Shown piece after piece: positions 58,422 to 64,000 of a stretch of DNA of 64,000 bases. Within the stretch, counting starts at the first letter, position 1. Every line of letters starts with the position of its first letter. The notes beneath the pieces were generated by a model. It was given only the letters and a program-made list of their open reading frames with translations. It did no database searches and was not told the origin of the DNA. Source of the DNA: Octopus sinensis (Eukaryota); NCBI RefSeq assembly GCF_006345805.1, contig NC_043004.1, positions 106,516,001 through 106,580,000 on the forward strand. Reading direction: 5' to 3'. The translations under genes and the position numbers were made by a program.

Positions 58422-59900
58422 GAAAAAACAGAATTTTTATTGGATATACTGACTTTTCTATGACTGGAATTCACTTGAGGCTGTACATCACCTGAAAGAA
58501 TTTTAAAATTGGTTGAGACAGTTTAAGACAACTGTAAATAATCTTAATATATATGCATATGTATATACATATATGTACATATATATGTTTGTGCATATAT
58601 ATATGTATACACATGCACATATGTATATATACACACACACACATGTACATATATATAACTTATTTGGAAGATATTGGCATCGTTTTGTGTACAGTTGCCA
58701 AGCAGCAGTCAGAAAGGCCATCACCACCAAGAAGTGGTGAATTGCATTCCATATTTTTGAAGCAGAAAAAAATGTGTAACAGTGCAGGTGAAGTTACAAA
58801 AAAAGAAAAATGATCAATCTATTTCTTCAGTTAATAGTAACCATATTTTTATGCACTTTCTTCTATAAGAAGAAAATTTTTGTCATTACCAAAGACTTGA
58901 TAATGAGAATAACTGTTTTAAAATTAAGATATAGGTTGTTGAAATTGTTAATTTTTGTTATAATGTCCATTTTTTAGTTAATGACTTTTGGAGAAATTAT
59001 TCATGGCAACACGTAACTTTGGGTAATCAATGATCAATATGGATTTTAGTTAATATCAGGTTGTATTATAAATTTTTAGTAACCATGGGAATTAAGATAG
59101 ATTTTAATTAAAAGCATTTTGTATTACAAACTTTCTTACATTGCTAATATGGATTTTACTTAACAATAGGTTGTATCATACAGTTTAGTTAAAACATGTT
59201 GCATATAGTAATACAATATAGCAACAGGTTGTTTTATAAATCTTAGTTGTTGCCATGTACTAATATAACCTATTGTAACATGACATGCATTTGAGGCAAC
59301 CACATGTTTTAGTGAAACATTTAAGATAACTGCATTTTTACCTTTAAAAACTAGTCACTATTTGTTAGAGTACAACATACAATTCTTTGTGAATGGTTAT
59401 ATGTTGTACTGCCACACAGTCAAAATTGTGGAAAAAGCTATTGATAACCAAAGATTGTACTATTAACAAATGTTTTGACATCGTAGAGAAATATAGATTA
59501 TTATACACAAACACTTGTTACACTGCAACTTTCATGTAATACACGATGTAACAATATCAAAAAAGGAAAGGGTGATGCTGTAAGAGAGACAACAAGTAAC
59601 CATTGGTGATAATATCTTGTACCTCAGTCATCTTTTATAATGTGTTGTCAGCAGTGAAGTAATTTAACAGCTGACCCCTCAATCATATTTGCTGGAAGGG
59701 CTTATGACCTTCTTACAGGATCCCAGACACTTTTCTTCACTGTTTTTTAGCTGTTGTTCCTTCAACTTTTGAACTTTCATTATTTAATTTTTTTGAAGGA
59801 ACATCAGCACACTGAGAATATAATTACTGTAATGTAACTATTGTCTCAAATATATTTTTATTTTATATCATATTTTATCTATAGTTTGATTCCTTTAATT
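58422..59900 (+). other. Probable PIKfyve 3' UTR (end uncertain)
   Basis: Follows the stop codon; AT-rich, no TE recognised until the SINE near 59990; ATTAAA at 59107-59112 is a possible poly(A) signal. Confidence 0.45.
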
Positions 59901-59948
59901 TTTATGTTGTGTGATTCTGATATAAGAAAAACAGTTTTGGTTTATATA

Positions 59949-59983
<35 letters not shown>

Positions 59984-60405
59984 AGGCATAGGTATGGCTG
60001 TTAAAAAACTTGCTCCTCAACTACATAGTAACATTATGTGACAACCTTGGGCAAGTGTCTTCTATTAAAGCTACAGGCTAACGAAAGCCTTGTGAGTGGA
60101 GTTGATTGAGGGGAAAGTGAAAGAAGCCTGTTGTGTGTGTGTTTGTGTGAGCGTGTGTGTTCTTGTCTTGACATTGTGTGATAGGTGTAATGAGTGTCAC
60201 TGTTATACAAGGAGTGTCATTCGTTTCCAGGATTCTGCAAATACATGTTTGGCCAAGGTGAAACATTATCTTGATTTGAAACAGGTGAGGGCTAGTGGTG
60301 GGTAGGGTATCTAGCTGTAGAAAATCAGTCTCAATAAACTCTGTCTAATCCATCCAAGCATGGAAAAGGGGATGTTGAAATGATGATGATGATGCTATAT
60401 ATTTA

Positions 60406-61667
60406 TTGGGTCATCCCATAAATGAGGTAGTTTTTTTATACATCTTTTATTTTTCAAAATTTCTATAAAGTTCTTCTTTAATCTAAAATATACTCCCATT
60501 CATTTTCAACAATGCTCTCCTATCTATCTGGTAGACTTTCAAGGCCCATCTTCCAAAGTGAACTTTGGAAGAGGAGCCTCTTCTGACCTCATCTACAGAA
60601 TTCATATTTATTCCATCCAAATGATTTTGAAGACTGTGGAATAAATGATAATCAGATGGGGCAATGTCCAGTGAATATGGTGGGTGGGGTATCGTTTCCC
60701 ATTCAAACTGCTTCAGCCTTTGGAATGTCATCCTCGCTGTATGTGGCTGAGCATTATCCTGATGGAAGAACATCTTTCATCTTGAAACCAAAGATGGTTG
60801 TTTTTCTTCTAGCACTGACCTGAGTTGCTCAAGCTGCTCACAGTAGATCTCCTTTATTATTATTTGGTTTGGGTTTAAAATTTCAAAGTGGACTAAACCT
60901 TTCACATCCCACCAAACAGATAACAACACTTTACGTGGGTGAAGACCTTCTTTAGCCTGGGGCGCCAGTGTTTCTCCTTTCCCTACTCATTGTCTTCGGC
61001 ATTTGACATTTTTATAGAGACCCTATTTCTCATTACCAGTCACTATTCTGTCCAAAAAAGGTTCATTCATGGGACGTGGCAGCAAAGAAAAGTATGCATT
61101 CACTTTCTGCATGGAAAGTTTGTGGGGAACCCATTGACCCAATTTGCTGTCTTTTCCGATGGCACGTAGGTGTCAATAAATGGTTAAATGACCAAATCCT
61201 AGCTTCTCTGCTAGTTCTTTAACAGTTACAATAAGATTTTGTTCCACCAGGGTTTGCAGGACATCTTCATCGAGCTGAACAGATTTTCAAGGACAAGGCA
61301 CATCTACGTTGTAGTTTACAGCTCAGAATTTCTGGAACCACCATTGTCACTGGCTTACACTTATTGTCCAATCCCCATTTACTGCATTAATATTCCTTGC
61401 ATTTTCCATTGCATTCTTGCCTAAAGGCAATAAATTGAACTCATAAAGTAAAATATGCTGAATATGCTTCTTTGTCACTTCCATTATAGCTTTGGAAAAA
61501 TAAGTGTTAAAATCGAACTGCACTCTTTAAAACTTGCACTAAGAATAAGGACAAGGTAAAATTACTATCTGCTTTTATTGCAAGTTGATGCAGGTAGTTT
61601 ATCCTCTCCCCCTCCAACTTTTGATTCATGCAATTGAAAAAAATGCATTATTTATGGGTTGATCCAA
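60406..61667 (-). mobile_element. Full-length (1262 bp) inactive mariner transposon
   Basis: TA-flanked TIRs TTGGGTCATCCCATAAAT and (reverse complement) TTGGATCAACCCATAAAT, 16/18 identical; minus-strand FHQDNAQPH and [17 protein letters not shown]; ORF disrupted. Confidence 0.92.
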
Positions 61668-62599
61668 TATATATATATATATTTGTGTGTACTCATGTTG
61701 TCCAGTTACTTAGCATGGAGAAAAGCTGAAAGGTGTGTGCCAATGATCTGCTATGAGAGGATCAGAGGAATGAGATGTGTCTCTGTGAATCAAGATGCAA
61801 TTGGAGGAACATGTGTTTGGAATGAATGTGATGCACTGAGAGAAAGAGGACATCTATTTTTCTATGTTACCATGTTGGTGTACAACAGCATGTTCTCTAT
61901 TATTAACCATTGAACCATGAACTTTTCCATGTAGCCTTAATCAATGATGCTTGATAATTATGCTCGCTGTAGAGCCTAAGCTATTGATGATATTTCTCCA
62001 CTGATCTCCACTCTGAGCCTTTTTTTCTGCTTCTTTGCAGTTGGACCCCTGTTTATTCACCCTACCCCACTATCCCACCTCCAGCTGTCTTTAGAGCATC
62101 CTCTCTTCTTCCTGCCTCACTCCCTGACTTATTACACAGGATGTTGGTTTCCTTAACGTGTTCCTTATCCATCCCCACTTGCACTTCTGGATCTGTTCTA
62201 GCATCTGCCCCGCTTCAATTGCAGTTCTGTTTTTTTATTGTATACAGCCAGTTAATTTGACCGTTATTGATGAAGGTCAGTATGTATCTTTTGCTGAATC
62301 AAACAGAATTATGGTATGAAGGCAATTGGCTGAACTGCTTACATTTCAGTGTATCGTATTTTATTACTGAAAATAATTTTTTACCAATTGGTTTTGGTGA
62401 ACCAGAGTCAGAATGATAATTATTAATTAACCAGAAGGCATTGTTTTCAGTTTATATCTACACAACTTTCCCATATCTCTACACACAGTCATCTTTATAT
62501 ATAGATGACATCAACATCTCACCATTCTTCAGGCAACACTGTGTCAAAGTAGCACTTATCAAATCCACTTTCTCCTTTTTTGCTAGTAAAACCACTTAC

Positions 62600-63290
62600 T
62601 CAATCATGCTTTTGCTTGATGGGGCCAGGGTCTTCCCAAGTTAATGATTCCAGAAGCATCATTGTGAGTAGAGCCGACCAGGTCTACCAGTGTCCTCCAA
62701 TGCTGGTGGTCTGGTACCAGCTCCTCTGCATCCTCCAAGATGATGTTGAGTTTCTGGCAATCTTCCTTAATCACATCCAGCTATCTAATGTGGGGCCTGC
62801 CTCAGCGCCTCTTCCAGCCCACAGCTGCTACATTGAACAAGAGTAAGGTCCTGGTAGGATAATCTGGAAGGAGGCAAAGGACATGTCTGTACCAGCACAT
62901 GTGGTGGATGGATATGAGGACATAAAATACAACCAGCTCTCACACTCAACAACATAAACAGAAGACAAAAATATCTGGAGTTACATATAACTCTTCCAAA
63001 ATATTCATAACTCATTTTGAAGATACAGAAATGAAAGCAGAATGATGCGCAAACATACTGAGAGAAATCCCAGGTACCATATCCAATCACAGGTACCATA
63101 TCCAACCAAGTGAAAGAAACGACAACAGTGATGTATATGCAATACATTAGATCCATCATGGACAAGACCAGCCTGGCCTCGGTTACCAATCTCTTCACAA
63201 CGAACAATGAAAGACATCACGCTACACATCATAATAAGTTGTGCTCAGACCACCTTCTCAACAAAATGAAAATATTAAATGAGAAAGATC
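62600..63290 (+). mobile_element. Highly degenerate non-LTR retrotransposon fragment (RT C-terminal region; clade uncertain)
   Basis: Remnants KYL(G/E)..YNS...F.TH, MYMQYIRSIMDKTS (resembling YK..IRP.LEYAS); many stops. Confidence 0.5.
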
Positions 63291-64000
63291 TGTGAAGGAT
63301 ATATTATCATCAGGTGTACAAATTTTTACAGTATATATATATATATACCATAAAAATTTACACACCTGTGTAACTTACGCAGGTGATTTTCAGGATAAAA
63401 ATTGTTAAAAAAAAGCTTCTTCTTGTGTAAAATTTGCACCCAAAAGTTTTCGGAATTGCTGATATGGCTAGGGGAAAAAGGTTTTTAGTTTAGTTGTATT
63501 TAACATAATTTCACTTACTTATACTCTTTACTCTTTTACATGTTTCAGTCATTTGACAGTAGCCATGCTAGAGCATCACCTTTAGTTGAGCAAATCAACC
63601 CCATGACTTATTCATTGTAAGCCTAGTACTTATTCTATTGGTCTCTTTTGCCAAACTGCTAAGTACCGGTACATAAACACAACAGCATCGGTTGTCAAGC
63701 GATGTTGGGGGGACAAACACAGACACACAAACATATACACACACATATACATATATACGACAGGCTTCTTTCAGTTTCCGTCTACCAAATTCACTCACAA
63801 GGCTTTGGTCAACCCGAGGCTATAGTAGAAGACACTTGCCCAAGTGCCACACAACGAGACCAAATTCGAAACCATGTGGTTCGTAAGCACGCTACTTACC
63901 ACACAGCCACTCTTACGCCTGACTAGATTTTATTAAATTTCCATTAAACAAAAATAATTTCTGTTCAACAGTTCTCACATTGAATGCTATTAAATTACAA

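Noticed and set aside
35538-63110. Small local tandem duplications (18-bp x4 at about 35538, 27-bp at about 40695, 29-bp at about 50205, 19-bp at about 63070)
   Set aside because: Typical slippage products within decayed repeats, with no further structure.
59900-64000. A second host gene downstream of PIKfyve
   Set aside because: Only SINE, mariner and LINE remnants are recognisable; no supported exons on either strand.

Overview
AT-rich, microsatellite- and transposon-dense eukaryotic genomic DNA. The SINE and LINE sequences resemble those I associate with octopus, so a coleoid cephalopod source is inferred, not proven. The window holds the 3' part of one protein-coding gene on the + strand, PIKfyve/Fab1 (PI3P 5-kinase). 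I assembled 28 GT-AG exons by hand (61..58421). Every junction phase matches, the exons total 3888 nt (1295 aa plus TGA), and they run from the end of the CCT-like region through the Cys-rich region and the whole PIP-kinase domain. The introns contain tRNA-derived SINEs, RTE and other LINE fragments, Tc1/mariner fossils, Helitron-type elements, a dispersed 5S rRNA copy and a tRNA-Glu pseudogene. The most notable observations are: (i) two hammerhead-ribozyme-like motifs with Penelope-type palindromic stem III, in short elements inserted in (TA)n tracts, plus a decayed Penelope RT/GIY-YIG fragment; (ii) a 6.3-kb intronic composite with a Helitron end, about 143 copies of a 22-bp satellite and about 1 kb of palindromic A-tract satellite, bounded by a perfect 17-bp inverted repeat; (iii) a genomic AGA (Arg) codon at the conserved Gly of the kinase GGKSG loop, which one A-to-I edit would restore. 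All alignments and RNA folds were done by eye, and repeat boundaries are approximate.
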